From a virus, in the IMG/VR virus record IMGVR_UViG_3300006923_000013, positions 21,788 to 85,787 of that record: a DNA stretch of 64,000 nt; one strand, given 5' to 3'. The translations under genes and the position numbers were made by a program. The notes beneath the pieces were generated by a model. That model saw nothing but the letters and a program-made list of their open reading frames with translations. It was not told the origin of the DNA and ran no database searches. Positions 40,141 to 50,379 of the stretch are shown here, piece after piece. Each line of letters opens with the position of its first letter. Position 1 is the stretch's first letter.

Positions 40141-41826
40141 TTAACAGTTATTACATATTTTATTATCCATTATAGAACAAAGCTCTTCTAATCTTTTTAT
40201 TGATTTTTCTATATGTCCTTTAGTTACACAAGTTTCAGCAATTTTAAGTGCTCTATAAATTGAGAAGGCTTTCATATATGTTTCTTTTAAAGCATCACAA
40301 TCGCAGCACTTGTTGGATAGCATTATATTTTTCATATGTTTTTGCAAGCATTGTTCTATATTACATAAAACTATCTTACATATAGATATCCTTTTCTTAG
40401 TTAATAACTCAACTCCTTCTAAAGTAATTGTTACGCTGTATAAAGTATATGTGTATATACCATCTACTAGATTACTGCCAGCCGTTCCCATAACTGCGCT
40501 ACCATACCTATAATAGTTACCATTTGAATTTATACCATTTCCAGTATAGGGTAACTCACTAGCTATTAACTCTGTTACATCTGGTGCTATTGTTGTAGCA
40601 ACAGAATTAAACACAAATTCTTCACCAGACCCGATAGTTATTGTACCTATAACATCTGTAGATGTAGATTCTACATCTTCTGAAGTATATGTGGTTATCT
40701 CTCCACCTTCAGGCATAAACAGATATCCCGTTATAGAAGGAACAGTTGTAGCTGTATCGCAAGTGCAATCTGCTTTAAAATCAAATTTTATACAGCACTC
40801 TTCACATCCTAATACTCCATCAGGATCGTAATTAAGCGCACAAGGATCGAGGCATGCTGCACATCCTGTATTCCACAGGTCTCCATCAGGCTCATTACAA
40901 TCTCCACAAGCATCTATAAATTTTGTACCATTTGCAATACCACTGCAATCTTCGCACCCTTCGTTGAAAGTTGGATCTAAAGGTTCCTTACATTCATCAC
41001 ATTTGTCGAGCATAGCTAAACCTCCCCACACACCTGCACAATCCTGTTCACATGGAACAGTCACACACTCTCCAGTTAAAGGGTAGCCTTCCTCACATAT
41101 TCCACCTACAGGGACCACACAGTCTCCGCAATTATCAAGCACTGCGGTACCACCACATATTCCAGCACAATCTGTATACAAACAAGAACCGTCATCTTGT
41201 GTTGCCTTAGGATCGTAATATGCACAAGAGTTTGGATCGGTACATCCGAATACTGGTTCCTCTCCCTCTAGAGCTACCTCTACTACAGCTTGTATAGACA
41301 CAGAGCAATCATTTAAAGATATTACTGCTCCATTGAAGTCATACGTAATTGAAGTAGCGGGCCCTATACTGTACTCGCCGCTTGCTAGCCCCGAGAATGT
41401 AAATACTTCTGGAGGACTTACAAGTATTGTCTGTATAATGTTTCCTCCTGAATCGTATAGATTTATAGGAACATTTTGTATCTGTGATTGCCCTTGAGTG
41501 TATATCCAAGACATGGACACTGTTAAAGAGCCTGAAGATGTATTATTTAAGTCTGGTACAGATTCAAGTACTGTAAGAGTCATATAATCACATGGATGCT
41601 GCGAACACTGAGACTGACATTGCAGTAGGGTTGCGTATCCAAAACCACTTACTACGTTAGAATACCAAAAATCATTAACTTCCTGCCAAGTCCCTGTAAA
41701 TACAGTGCCAGAGCATGAATTATTCAGACAGAAATATACTGTAGTTGTGTATATATCTGGATTCGGGTCATCCGAAATCGGTGGTGGAAGTGATCCTGGT
41801 GTGTATTCTATAGTTGGCATTAGCAA
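40141..41826 (-). CDS. Cys-rich tail hub/fibre protein with GCTD-type repeats
   Basis: 561 aa; Ig-like FSGLASGEYS, GCTDPNSCAYYDPKATQDDGSC, DCAGxxGGxAxLDxC repeats; helical Cys-rich C-terminus. Confidence 0.65.
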   Translation of the reverse strand: MLMPTIEYTPGSLPPPISDDPNPDIYTTTVYFCLNNSCSGTVFTGTWQEVNDFWYSNVVSGFGYATLLQCQSQCSQHPCDYMTLTVLESVPDLNNTSSGSLTVSMSWIYTQGQSQIQNVPINLYDSGGNIIQTILVSPPEVFTFSGLASGEYSIGPATSITYDFNGAVISLNDCSVSIQAVVEVALEGEEPVFGCTDPNSCAYYDPKATQDDGSCLYTDCAGICGGTAVLDNCGDCVVPVGGICEEGYPLTGECVTVPCEQDCAGVWGGLAMLDKCDECKEPLDPTFNEGCEDCSGIANGTKFIDACGDCNEPDGDLWNTGCAACLDPCALNYDPDGVLGCEECCIKFDFKADCTCDTATTVPSITGYLFMPEGGEITTYTSEDVESTSTDVIGTITIGSGEEFVFNSVATTIAPDVTELIASELPYTGNGINSNGNYYRYGSAVMGTAGSNLVDGIYTYTLYSVTITLEGVELLTKKRISICKIVLCNIEQCLQKHMKNIMLSNKCCDCDALKETYMKAFSIYRALKIAETCVTKGHIEKSIKRLEELCSIMDNKICNNC

Positions 41827-44435
41827 TCTTTACATGTTGAACATTCCCATCCTTCTACCAATAATGGTAAGGCATCTAAAATTTCTCTAATTGTATCTTC
41901 AGAACCTTCGGCGCAATTGGTTGCGTTATAAGCTTTTAAAGCTGTAAGCAAACTATCCAATGTTCTGAAATTCTTATACAGTACATCTGTAGGGTTATCA
42001 CAATTGACTCCATAGCATTCATCTGTACAATCTAATACTATACGTTTAGCCATTTCCTTTAATATGCACTCGTAGTATTGTACTGTACATTCACACGATC
42101 CATTGTCCACAGTAGCGGTTGGATCATAATTAGATGCTGTAGGATCTGTACATCCAGAACAACCAGTGGCGTCTCCGTAGCAGTCTCCACATATATCCTT
42201 AGATAGATTATTCCCACCGCATTCTTCACAGTCGTCTAATGTACTACCCTCTTCTACTCCAGTGTTCCCTCCTACACATACTCCACAACTATCTAAGAAA
42301 GCATCGCCGTCACAGTCATCGTTACAGTCAGTGTATACACAAGAACCGTCATCTATACCTGCAGCCGCATCATAGTTACATGCTGTTTCATCTGTACATC
42401 CAGGTAAACAATTCGTAGATATTGTATAATCAGTAGAAGATACTAATATTTTTATACTCCATTCCTCACATTTACCATCCATGTTTACTTCAAAACACCG
42501 CATGATATCGTATGCGCCTTCAGACATGCCATCTACCCATACTTCTCCTAAAGAATTTGTTATTATCTCTGTATTTGGAAGTTGTGGAACCTCCAGTTGA
42601 AAATCAGGTATCGGTAGTCCAGTAGATTCATCTACTACTAATATTCTAAGGCAGTCTGTACCATTACAAGAAGAAGCAGTATCTAAAAGAATTGAAAGAT
42701 CATCTGTGAACTTATTCTCCCACATTACCTGGTCCAGTGGAGATACGTTCTGATCGATATTATATCCCCAGCCATAACTGCTCAGTCTTCCCAATCCGTT
42801 ATCAAAATACGGATTACTTCCATTCAACGCACTTCCTGCTGCTACATAAGATAGTGGTAGCAATGTAGTTATGACCCCATTACTGAACTCATCCCAAAGG
42901 CCACTATGTGGTAAGTTATAACTCTCTATAAGACCGTCAGTAGTTGTTACAGATAAACCTCCAGAATCTATATATGTTGCATTGTCTGTTATAGCACCTA
43001 CTACGTGTAGTGGAAATGCTACATGTTCAGGTGCAGGAACACTGGGTCTTGCAGCATATACTACAAATTTAACTAGATTTCCCTCTGCGACATCTTGGGC
43101 ATATGAAGAACCTGTTGGCCCTTGACGATAATCCTCATGGATCATCCTGAATCTTTTATAGTCTCTTTCCCAAGAAGCTGTTCCATTCGTATGCCCATTG
43201 AACTGGAGTTCATCTTTCATCATTGTAGGCCTGACTTCTCCATCATATGGGTCAGATCCTGTATAAAATGATGCTTGTTTCCATGCCTCAAAGTACTTAA
43301 GCTTATTGGAATAGATCGGGATACTGGCTGATGTATAACTGGTAGAACCAGCCGTATATGTTATAGCAGCATTACTTACACTGCCAAATATAGTATTCAG
43401 ATTATCTGAACCTGGTACAAGAACTGCATTAGGGTACCCAGAAGCTTCTCCGTCCTTCCCCCAGTTTGCAGCAGTTGTAATACCTACCGAAGCAGTTGTA
43501 ATACTATTTCCTGCTCCTTTACCATGATAATCTGCCCATCCGTTCTGCGGAGTTGAAGCCTTTCGTCTTAAATTACCGTGAGCTTCGTCTATTACTCCTA
43601 CTACAAGTACATCTTTACTATCTGATTGTAGATCAGGATATATAGTTCCTGGAAAGATCTCTTCTGTTGGGGACATACCATTTACTATTTCCTGGTCTGT
43701 CCATATGTATCCTTTCTCATTTGAAGGATAATTAATAGCACTTTGCTCTAAGTCGAAGTTAAAAGGGTTAGGAACAGATCCATCTCCCGAGTACGATACT
43801 ATATTACCTATTTGAAATATAGTGCCGCCTATATTAGCAGATGCTACCTGTCTGTTTCCAAATAGACCACCGAACATTCCCGTTTTAGGAAGTTCTGCCC
43901 ATTGAACCCATCGTTCTCCTTGTATCTGTATATGATGTACTTGACCTGTAAAATTAGGTAAAGATTCTACCCATACTTTAGCTGCTCTAGCGGCTGTAAG
44001 TAATATTCCAGAAGGCATTGATGTTATGTCGTAGAAAAAGTATATAGAGGTATCGGCTGGAACATGCTCTCCTCCACATGTACCTCTTTCCCACGCTTGT
44101 GTTCCATCTCCCCTGTTTATAGTAGGATCTTGGATAACACCTGTAACTGTAACTGTTTCTCCTATCGGGAGAGCAGGCATTTCTATAAGTTCTATCGGAT
44201 CGCACTGAGACCAGAGTTCATAACCTCTGGATGCAGATTCTGTGGTTACAAATTTGTACCCACTATCTATTTCTATGGATAGCTCTACACTTCCATGAAC
44301 GCACCTTTCCGAAAATTCAATATTAGTAGCTGGATTATCGCCTGCATATGACTTTAAAAACTCTGATATTTGAGACTGCTTAGATACCCTACCACTGTAG
44401 GACCCTGAACTCAAATCAAAAGGAATATTAGCCAT
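41820..44435 (-). CDS. Tail hub/fibre protein with vWA-like domain and GCTD-type Cys repeats
   Basis: 871 aa; IYFFYDITSM...VLVVGVIDEA; two GCTDxxAxNYDxxAxxDxGSC units; Cys-rich helical C-terminus. Confidence 0.65.
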   Translation of the reverse strand: MANIPFDLSSGSYSGRVSKQSQISEFLKSYAGDNPATNIEFSERCVHGSVELSIEIDSGYKFVTTESASRGYELWSQCDPIELIEMPALPIGETVTVTGVIQDPTINRGDGTQAWERGTCGGEHVPADTSIYFFYDITSMPSGILLTAARAAKVWVESLPNFTGQVHHIQIQGERWVQWAELPKTGMFGGLFGNRQVASANIGGTIFQIGNIVSYSGDGSVPNPFNFDLEQSAINYPSNEKGYIWTDQEIVNGMSPTEEIFPGTIYPDLQSDSKDVLVVGVIDEAHGNLRRKASTPQNGWADYHGKGAGNSITTASVGITTAANWGKDGEASGYPNAVLVPGSDNLNTIFGSVSNAAITYTAGSTSYTSASIPIYSNKLKYFEAWKQASFYTGSDPYDGEVRPTMMKDELQFNGHTNGTASWERDYKRFRMIHEDYRQGPTGSSYAQDVAEGNLVKFVVYAARPSVPAPEHVAFPLHVVGAITDNATYIDSGGLSVTTTDGLIESYNLPHSGLWDEFSNGVITTLLPLSYVAAGSALNGSNPYFDNGLGRLSSYGWGYNIDQNVSPLDQVMWENKFTDDLSILLDTASSCNGTDCLRILVVDESTGLPIPDFQLEVPQLPNTEIITNSLGEVWVDGMSEGAYDIMRCFEVNMDGKCEEWSIKILVSSTDYTISTNCLPGCTDETACNYDAAAGIDDGSCVYTDCNDDCDGDAFLDSCGVCVGGNTGVEEGSTLDDCEECGGNNLSKDICGDCYGDATGCSGCTDPTASNYDPTATVDNGSCECTVQYYECILKEMAKRIVLDCTDECYGVNCDNPTDVLYKNFRTLDSLLTALKAYNATNCAEGSEDTIREILDALPLLVEGWECSTCKDC
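42090..42405 (-). repeat. Coding Cys/Asp-rich repeats (GCTD...NY...GSC and LDxCGxCxG)
   Basis: GCTDETACNYDAAAGIDDGSC, FLDSCGVCVGGN, LDDCEECGGNN, KDICGDCYGD, GCTDPTASNYDPTATVDNGSC; boundaries approximate. Confidence 0.8.
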
Positions 44436-44450
44436 GTGACATTAATATTA

Positions 44451-44482
44451 TCAAGGAAGGAGAAATGAATCCCCTTCCTTGA
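44451..44482 (-). terminator. Intergenic hairpin after the capsid gene block (terminator/attenuator or stabilising stem)
   Basis: Perfect 10-bp inverted repeat TCAAGGAAGG / CCTTCCTTGA; no clear U-tract, so termination may be partial. Confidence 0.55.
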
Positions 44483-44502
44483 ATTATATATTTTAGTATT
44501 AA

Positions 44503-45885
44503 TTACTGAACTGGAACTACTCCGTCAGCGTTGATAGCGATACCATTCCATCCTGTGGCGAAAGCAGCAGCAACATCGGTATACGTAGTAGCGGCACCAT
44601 CGTCAATTACCAGTTGTACTACCATCGGAGATCGAACAGCACTTGCAGTATCTGCAGAAAGATGTTGATCACGATAAATAACTGATATTACATAGTATCC
44701 TTGTCCCGAAACAACCGAAGACTCACCAGTACCCAAATTAGTCAATGGGAATGGAGTTCGGTAAGGGCTTGGTCGATTACCTGAACCAATTGCATTCTTG
44801 CTATTCGCAAGTTCCAACTGAGATACTTGCCAATCCTGTCCTTGTGGAAGAGTAGCGGCAGTAGTTGTAGCTACAGTTCCGTTACAATCAAATGCCCCAA
44901 TTAGGCCAATACTTGCAGAGATTAAGTTATTGTTCTGAATACCTGCAAAAGTAGCGAATGATCCTACAGCAGGAGTTGCATGCAAACCGCCTGCAATCTC
45001 TATAGTCCATGCACTATCATCGTACCCTTCACCTACTGCTTTAGGCAATACTTGAAGGTCACTTCCTCCACCAGCAGCTACAAAGCTGTCATAAGGCCAA
45101 GGTCTATCGAGTGTAATATTCAAACCAGAAACAGATTCTACCCTAAAGTAATCACCTGCGGCTGAAGTAAACGTTCCTAATCCAGCAGGAAGAGCGCCAA
45201 CAAAGTCTCCAGCTACCGTTGGAGTAGAAGCCCCATAATTCACATTTGTAGTACAAACGATCACATTGGATCCTTTTGTAAATGTCCAGTTCTGCGTATT
45301 ATCATAATCCGTTACGGTAAGTTCAGTATTAGACTGAAATACTCGGGCAAACCCTAACATATATTCAGTTGCATTCTGTGCTCTGTTCTCATTATCTAGG
45401 TTTACAGCTTCCGCTATTCCCATTGCAACATCCCATGATGCTCCATCAGGACAACCACAAGCATTACCACAACACCTCGAAACATACGAATATGTTTTAA
45501 TAAGGTCTTGGTATCCATAAGTTTGAAAAATCTTTTCAGACTCCAATCTTACTTTTATAATATACTCAGTTTCACAGTCTCCTGAGAAATTTGAGATTTG
45601 ATTTATCTCTGCTACTCCTGCAGCACTTGCTCCTGAGATCATATACGAAGGACAAGAGTTAAAAGTCGGAGACTTTCTCAATTCGGTTGCACTTGTCTTT
45701 ACCGCATAATAATGACGGGAAGGTAGCGCTACAGTTGCACCTTGTACAGTTACGTGAGTATCAGCGTTAAAAATCGCTAGTTCTCCTACATTACCTGCCG
45801 AAAGGAAGGTTGCAAGAGCGGTAGCGTTTGTAGTAATTCCACTAGTGTCGGTGGCTACTAATACAGTTTCTACATTAGATTCCAT
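44503..45885 (-). CDS. Conserved crAss structural protein, probable auxiliary capsid protein (gene 73-like position)
   Basis: 460 aa, Thr/Ala-rich beta protein; CETEYIIKV...CCGNACGCP; third gene after the MCP. Confidence 0.6.
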   Translation of the reverse strand: MESNVETVLVATDTSGITTNATALATFLSAGNVGELAIFNADTHVTVQGATVALPSRHYYAVKTSATELRKSPTFNSCPSYMISGASAAGVAEINQISNFSGDCETEYIIKVRLESEKIFQTYGYQDLIKTYSYVSRCCGNACGCPDGASWDVAMGIAEAVNLDNENRAQNATEYMLGFARVFQSNTELTVTDYDNTQNWTFTKGSNVIVCTTNVNYGASTPTVAGDFVGALPAGLGTFTSAAGDYFRVESVSGLNITLDRPWPYDSFVAAGGGSDLQVLPKAVGEGYDDSAWTIEIAGGLHATPAVGSFATFAGIQNNNLISASIGLIGAFDCNGTVATTTAATLPQGQDWQVSQLELANSKNAIGSGNRPSPYRTPFPLTNLGTGESSVVSGQGYYVISVIYRDQHLSADTASAVRSPMVVQLVIDDGAATTYTDVAAAFATGWNGIAINADGVVPVQ

Positions 45886-45913
45886 TTTATTTATTTTTTA
45901 AAGTTTAAAGTTA

Positions 45914-46657
45914 TTATTCATTCTGCATCACTTTACCAACCTTGAACTGATAACCTGGAGATTCTAAATTACCTGCCGCTATTTGTACTGCTAGATCCAC
46001 AATTTCATTGTGAGTATGCTCAGGAAGTTCACAATCCTGGTCAACTGTTACTGCAGTACCATCTGGGTAATTATACGTCTGTCCTGGCGTGCCCGAAGGA
46101 AATGCTATCCTTTTAGGCATCCTTAAGTAGTCAAGCACAAACTCTGAAATAGAGAACGTACCATCTGTATATCCAAATACCTTATTAGAGTCGGCTATTG
46201 TATCGCCTGTTGTACCGTAAACTACTGGCACTTCTCCCCATTCAAAACTGGGCTCATAATACGGATTCTTCAATGCATCGCTTAAGTCATCATGTTGTGT
46301 AGGTGCACAGACGCAATTTTTGCGTCCGCATGGTTCTTTTGAAGAAGTTGCCTGAAGACGTACGGCTAACATGTAGTCTTCAGGCAATTTTGCTTCAAAT
46401 GAATTATCTACAGGAAGAGCTGAAGCAGTTAAAGGTTTATTCTTAACTACCAGATTCCTTAGATCGTCTATTCTTTTTTGGGTAGACTCAAATCCTTCCC
46501 CTTTACTATTATTTATTCCATAACGTTGCTTCATATATACACTAAGACCTTCATTCAACAACCAATCGATCTCTGGGATCTTTATGTTGCTGTGATCGGA
46601 ACTGTCCACTTTGTTCAGTTTCAATTTAAAGTCATATTGCATTTGTTGCACGTTCAT
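45914..46657 (-). CDS. Conserved crAss neck ring protein (gene 74-like)
   Basis: EIDWLLNE, GFESTQKRIDDLRNL, YLRMP, CELPEHTHNEIVDLAV; second gene after the MCP. Confidence 0.75.
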   Translation of the reverse strand: MNVQQMQYDFKLKLNKVDSSDHSNIKIPEIDWLLNEGLSVYMKQRYGINNSKGEGFESTQKRIDDLRNLVVKNKPLTASALPVDNSFEAKLPEDYMLAVRLQATSSKEPCGRKNCVCAPTQHDDLSDALKNPYYEPSFEWGEVPVVYGTTGDTIADSNKVFGYTDGTFSISEFVLDYLRMPKRIAFPSGTPGQTYNYPDGTAVTVDQDCELPEHTHNEIVDLAVQIAAGNLESPGYQFKVGKVMQNE

Positions 46658-46660
46658 AGC

Positions 46661-47458
46661 TTAAACTCTAGCTTCGAGGTCATCTTTAAGTTTTACCAGC
46701 ATTTCTTGACTCTTAGCAGACATTAGGTTATACACCGTGTCCTCAAAATCAAAACCTACTTGCTGATCATTATATAAGTAAGCGGCGCCCTTTCGTCTAA
46801 AGATACCTTTGTGTTCCAGGTCGAATACCAAAGCTTTCACTTTGATTCGTTCTGGTTTCTCACTGGCTACCTTGATAAACTTAACGGGATCCTCCTGGCT
46901 TATCTTGTATATTGCTGTATACGAGAATTTCTCGGAGGCGCCATCTGCTGACTTACCAAATACTTTAAGGAGATCACATCGTTTTTGATGAGTAAGTTTA
47001 CCGAAGATCTCCATAGCTTTTTCCTTCACTTCGATTTCTCTAGCTTCGGTTTCTACTTCGTCCTGCTCATCGTAAATAACATATTTAGCTTCTGGCCATT
47101 TACCTTCAACATATTCCTTTTGGGAATTTGCTACGATATTACTGGCTTTCAATAAATGAATCTGCAGCTCGTCATTAGGTTTAACTGGATTGAACGTCAT
47201 CGTTTTATCCTCCAGCTTAATCTTAAAGTCTTGCCAAAATTCATTATTTGATGTAGAAGTTAAATCTACTCCTAATGCTTTTCCTAGTCTTGACTCATCA
47301 TCCAGCTCTAAACCAGTTGCGAGTTTTCCTAGAGTGGGATCGTACAATGCTACAAGAGTATCGTGCGTACCCTGAAATTTGGCACGACCCAATGATTTAA
47401 GGTCGTGCCATTTTTCTTTTATGATTGGTTTTACGTAAACTACTGATGTCTGTTTCAT
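46661..47458 (-). CDS. Conserved crAss structural-module protein (gene 75-like)
   Basis: 265 aa directly after the MCP; ATGL...FWQDF.I.L pattern. Confidence 0.65.
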   Translation of the reverse strand: MKQTSVVYVKPIIKEKWHDLKSLGRAKFQGTHDTLVALYDPTLGKLATGLELDDESRLGKALGVDLTSTSNNEFWQDFKIKLEDKTMTFNPVKPNDELQIHLLKASNIVANSQKEYVEGKWPEAKYVIYDEQDEVETEAREIEVKEKAMEIFGKLTHQKRCDLLKVFGKSADGASEKFSYTAIYKISQEDPVKFIKVASEKPERIKVKALVFDLEHKGIFRRKGAAYLYNDQQVGFDFEDTVYNLMSAKSQEMLVKLKDDLEARV

Positions 47459-47478
47459 ATTATTACGTAAAGATTAAT

Positions 47479-48903
47479 TTAGTTTTGCTTCAAAATCAGT
47501 TCTCCACAACGGGTAACGTCATCGATCTGAACACCACACTGATCATGAACGATCATTGTATAAGCATCCTTAGCGTTTGACATCAATCCACCTTTGTTTG
47601 CTCCGTAAGGAGTTTGGAGTCCTGATACATAACCTAACTTGTAGCCTCCTTTCTTGGAAACATACTTGATATTAGCGTCTCCACCTTTAGAACCAAAGTC
47701 CATGAATGTGAATCTCATTGATTCCAAAGGAACCTGAAGTTCATCATGGTAGATATGGTTGATCTCACGATCATCATATACTGGGTTGTGTCTAAGAGTA
47801 AGTGTAATACCATTAGGTCCTCGATATTTTACAAACTGACCACCGAACTCAAGATTTTGTCCTGAACCTCCGATGAATTTCGAATCTACAGTCAAGAAAG
47901 GCGCTGATGCATTCATCATTGCTTGGTGAAATGCAAGCATTCCATATTCCCCTGTGTAGGCTACGATATTTCGGTTTGACATATCAACACGTCCGAAGAA
48001 GATGTCCAAGAGATACTCTCGAATCAATTTCTCAGTAAGTGTATTATAAAAGTGTACGTGAGAATCCTCAAGCAACTCCTGTACTCCTGGGCCCGTACGT
48101 GCGATACGTCCGTTTGCTCCAGCAATAGAAGACTGTGCTCGGTTGTACCACAACCCACGTTCTTTTTCCTTGTGCCATTGGATCCAATATTCGGCTTCAG
48201 CATACTTAAGCCATTTGTAATCCTTATATACTTTGCCATTTGCATCCATTAATGCTACAACCAATGCTTGGTTAGCAGCATCTCCTGTTACAGAGTACTC
48301 TTTTCTATACGTAGATAGATTAGAGCGGAGTTTTAAGGGCATTGCGTAGGTAGTAGATCCACTTTGATCACCACCTTCTTCGTACACGGAGAACATTTTG
48401 CTCCATTGTACTCCTACAGCTTGAGCTGCAGCGCTTAGTGATGCAGTTTGATCATCTGCCATTAATCGAACAACGTATTCGAATCCAATTCCAGGACCTG
48501 CAGCCGAAACTGGGCCAGACTGGATACGTACTAATTGTCTTGTGGTTCCTGCGCTTGGAGAAATTACGTCTCCTGGCTTAAACCAGTCTTCATCTAATGT
48601 GAAGGTCATTTCAGAAAGTGTAATACCGCTTCCAGATGCAGCAACTGTTGCTACTAGTGGACGTGATGACGCTCCCATCATTTCCCATTCCCAGTCAAAG
48701 GATGCGATTTCTGATGTTCTGCCCATACCTTTCGTTGCTGCCATTAGAGGATTATCCGCAACGCGAGATGCTGTAAACACTCTTGTGAGAACCTTATCAA
48801 ATTTATGCGGTTCAGCCATGAATGCAGCACCTAGGTGGTTTACCTCTGTAAAATTAGCATGAAACGGCCTTGTAAGGACGGCTAACTTTGATTGTGCTCT
48901 CAT
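47479..48903 (-). CDS. Major capsid protein (crAss-like, HK97 fold)
   Basis: 474 aa; FTEVNHL, WEWEM, TGPGVQELL, YTGEYG...F, HNPVYDD motifs; canonical terminase-portal-scaffold-MCP order. Confidence 0.9.
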   Translation of the reverse strand: MRAQSKLAVLTRPFHANFTEVNHLGAAFMAEPHKFDKVLTRVFTASRVADNPLMAATKGMGRTSEIASFDWEWEMMGASSRPLVATVAASGSGITLSEMTFTLDEDWFKPGDVISPSAGTTRQLVRIQSGPVSAAGPGIGFEYVVRLMADDQTASLSAAAQAVGVQWSKMFSVYEEGGDQSGSTTYAMPLKLRSNLSTYRKEYSVTGDAANQALVVALMDANGKVYKDYKWLKYAEAEYWIQWHKEKERGLWYNRAQSSIAGANGRIARTGPGVQELLEDSHVHFYNTLTEKLIREYLLDIFFGRVDMSNRNIVAYTGEYGMLAFHQAMMNASAPFLTVDSKFIGGSGQNLEFGGQFVKYRGPNGITLTLRHNPVYDDREINHIYHDELQVPLESMRFTFMDFGSKGGDANIKYVSKKGGYKLGYVSGLQTPYGANKGGLMSNAKDAYTMIVHDQCGVQIDDVTRCGELILKQN

Positions 48904-48928
48904 TTTGTTTTAGTTTTAAATTGTTTTG

Positions 48929-50194
48929 TTAAAAATCCCAGGCTTCACTTTTTTCCGCTTGTCCTGTCTTCTTTCCTCCTCCGAACTTAGCGTGCGCACC
49001 CGTGCGCTGCTTGCTGTTCTGCAAAGTGGCTTTCAGCTTAGAAGAGTAGTCTGTTTTAGTTTTCTTTTCTACTCCTTTAAGATCGAAATTTGTCATCCTT
49101 AAATATGCTCGTAGAATAAAATCTTCTACGTTATTCCCAGCTTCTAACTCGTCTGCTTGGAACTTTGTAACATATTGCGGGCCTTGAGGGCTATCAATCT
49201 TTACCGAGGTTTCTGTCATATAAGCCATAAGATCTTTCTTTATCTTCTTACTCATTGGAAATCCATGAATCTCTTTTGACTCTGTGACAGTTTCCTCTAT
49301 TGTTTTGAGCACTTCAGCTCGTTTTTGCTCTTTTACTTGAGCATCCTGGGTAGCCTTTTGCTCTAATTGAGCTTTTTGACTTTTGTTATACTGTACGAGG
49401 CGTTCCTGCGCTCGTTCAGCTTGTCTTTCCAGTTTTCCAAGATCTTCATAATCTTGTAATGTTTCCTGAGCTTCTTCCGCACTATCTCCCCTAAGTCTTA
49501 GGAATTCTTTTAGTACTGCTCGTTGATTATTAATATTCTTTTCTCCTTTAATGTCCAATGCAGATACATCAGGCATGGAGTAAACATTCGAAAATTCCGA
49601 AACTTTTCCTCCTTTTATAATGTGTCGCAAGAGATCTTTTCCCTCTTCAGGGAGATTTCTTTGGAATAATTCTATCTCTTCCTTTACTCGGGATTCGACA
49701 GTTGTTGAAAACGCATCTACAATACCATCAAGAGTAGGTTCAAATTCCTCCTCGTTAAAATCAAGTAGTTCGTTTTCTTTTAAAAGATTAGCAAATACAG
49801 AGAATTCATTTTCTTCTGTTTCCTCGTTATCTACTTCTACCTTTTTATCTTTAGGTTTCTCTTCTTCCTCTTCCTCATCTTCTGAATCCTCGGCGTCTTC
49901 TTTACTTTCGTCTCCTACTTTATCTGGATCAAAATCTTCGAAAACTTCTACCTCATCATCCTCTAGTTTTAGATCTAGTTCACTTTCATCTTCGTCCTTA
50001 TCTTCAACTTTAGTTTCAGTTTTAGATTCTGTATCTAGATTAAGACTTCCCAGTACAGGATCATCTTCTCCATCACTAACTGATTTATCTAAAAGTGAAT
50101 CTACAAGACTGGAATCATCAATGTCCCAAATTTCTAAGTCGCTTTTACTTTCTGTGATTGGTTTTTTGTCCAAAGTTTGAGCTTCTTTTGTCAT
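48929..50194 (-). CDS. Acidic scaffold-like protein (crAss gene 77-like)
   Basis: 421 aa; very D/E-rich N-half and coiled-coil C-half; immediately upstream of the MCP. Confidence 0.7.
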   Translation of the reverse strand: MTKEAQTLDKKPITESKSDLEIWDIDDSSLVDSLLDKSVSDGEDDPVLGSLNLDTESKTETKVEDKDEDESELDLKLEDDEVEVFEDFDPDKVGDESKEDAEDSEDEEEEEEKPKDKKVEVDNEETEENEFSVFANLLKENELLDFNEEEFEPTLDGIVDAFSTTVESRVKEEIELFQRNLPEEGKDLLRHIIKGGKVSEFSNVYSMPDVSALDIKGEKNINNQRAVLKEFLRLRGDSAEEAQETLQDYEDLGKLERQAERAQERLVQYNKSQKAQLEQKATQDAQVKEQKRAEVLKTIEETVTESKEIHGFPMSKKIKKDLMAYMTETSVKIDSPQGPQYVTKFQADELEAGNNVEDFILRAYLRMTNFDLKGVEKKTKTDYSSKLKATLQNSKQRTGAHAKFGGGKKTGQAEKSEAWDF

Positions 50195-50210
50195 AATAAT
50201 TTATCGTTTA

Positions 50211-50218
50211 CAAATATA
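50211..50218 (-). promoter_or_regulatory. Bacteroidota -7 element TATATTTG for the scaffold/MCP operon (second copy at 50286-50293)
   Basis: Two consensus matches in a 185-bp AT-rich gap; the proximal one is 16 nt upstream of the ATG. Confidence 0.55.
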
Positions 50219-50379
50219 ATTGATTTTGTAGTGTAACCATAACAAGTTTTGTTATGTAGTTTCACTTCTATTTTGTTTCTATAGCCAAATATACTATTTT
50301 AGGTTAATATTTTTATCTAGATATATACTTTTATATATATATTCTCCGTTTTTAAAAAAATATATATCCCATCTCCAGA

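Noticed and set aside
28939-44435. Diversity-generating retroelement or invertible cassette behind the paralogues
   Set aside because: No reverse transcriptase or recombinase in the window and no near-identical nucleotide repeats; paralogues are similar only at the protein-motif level.
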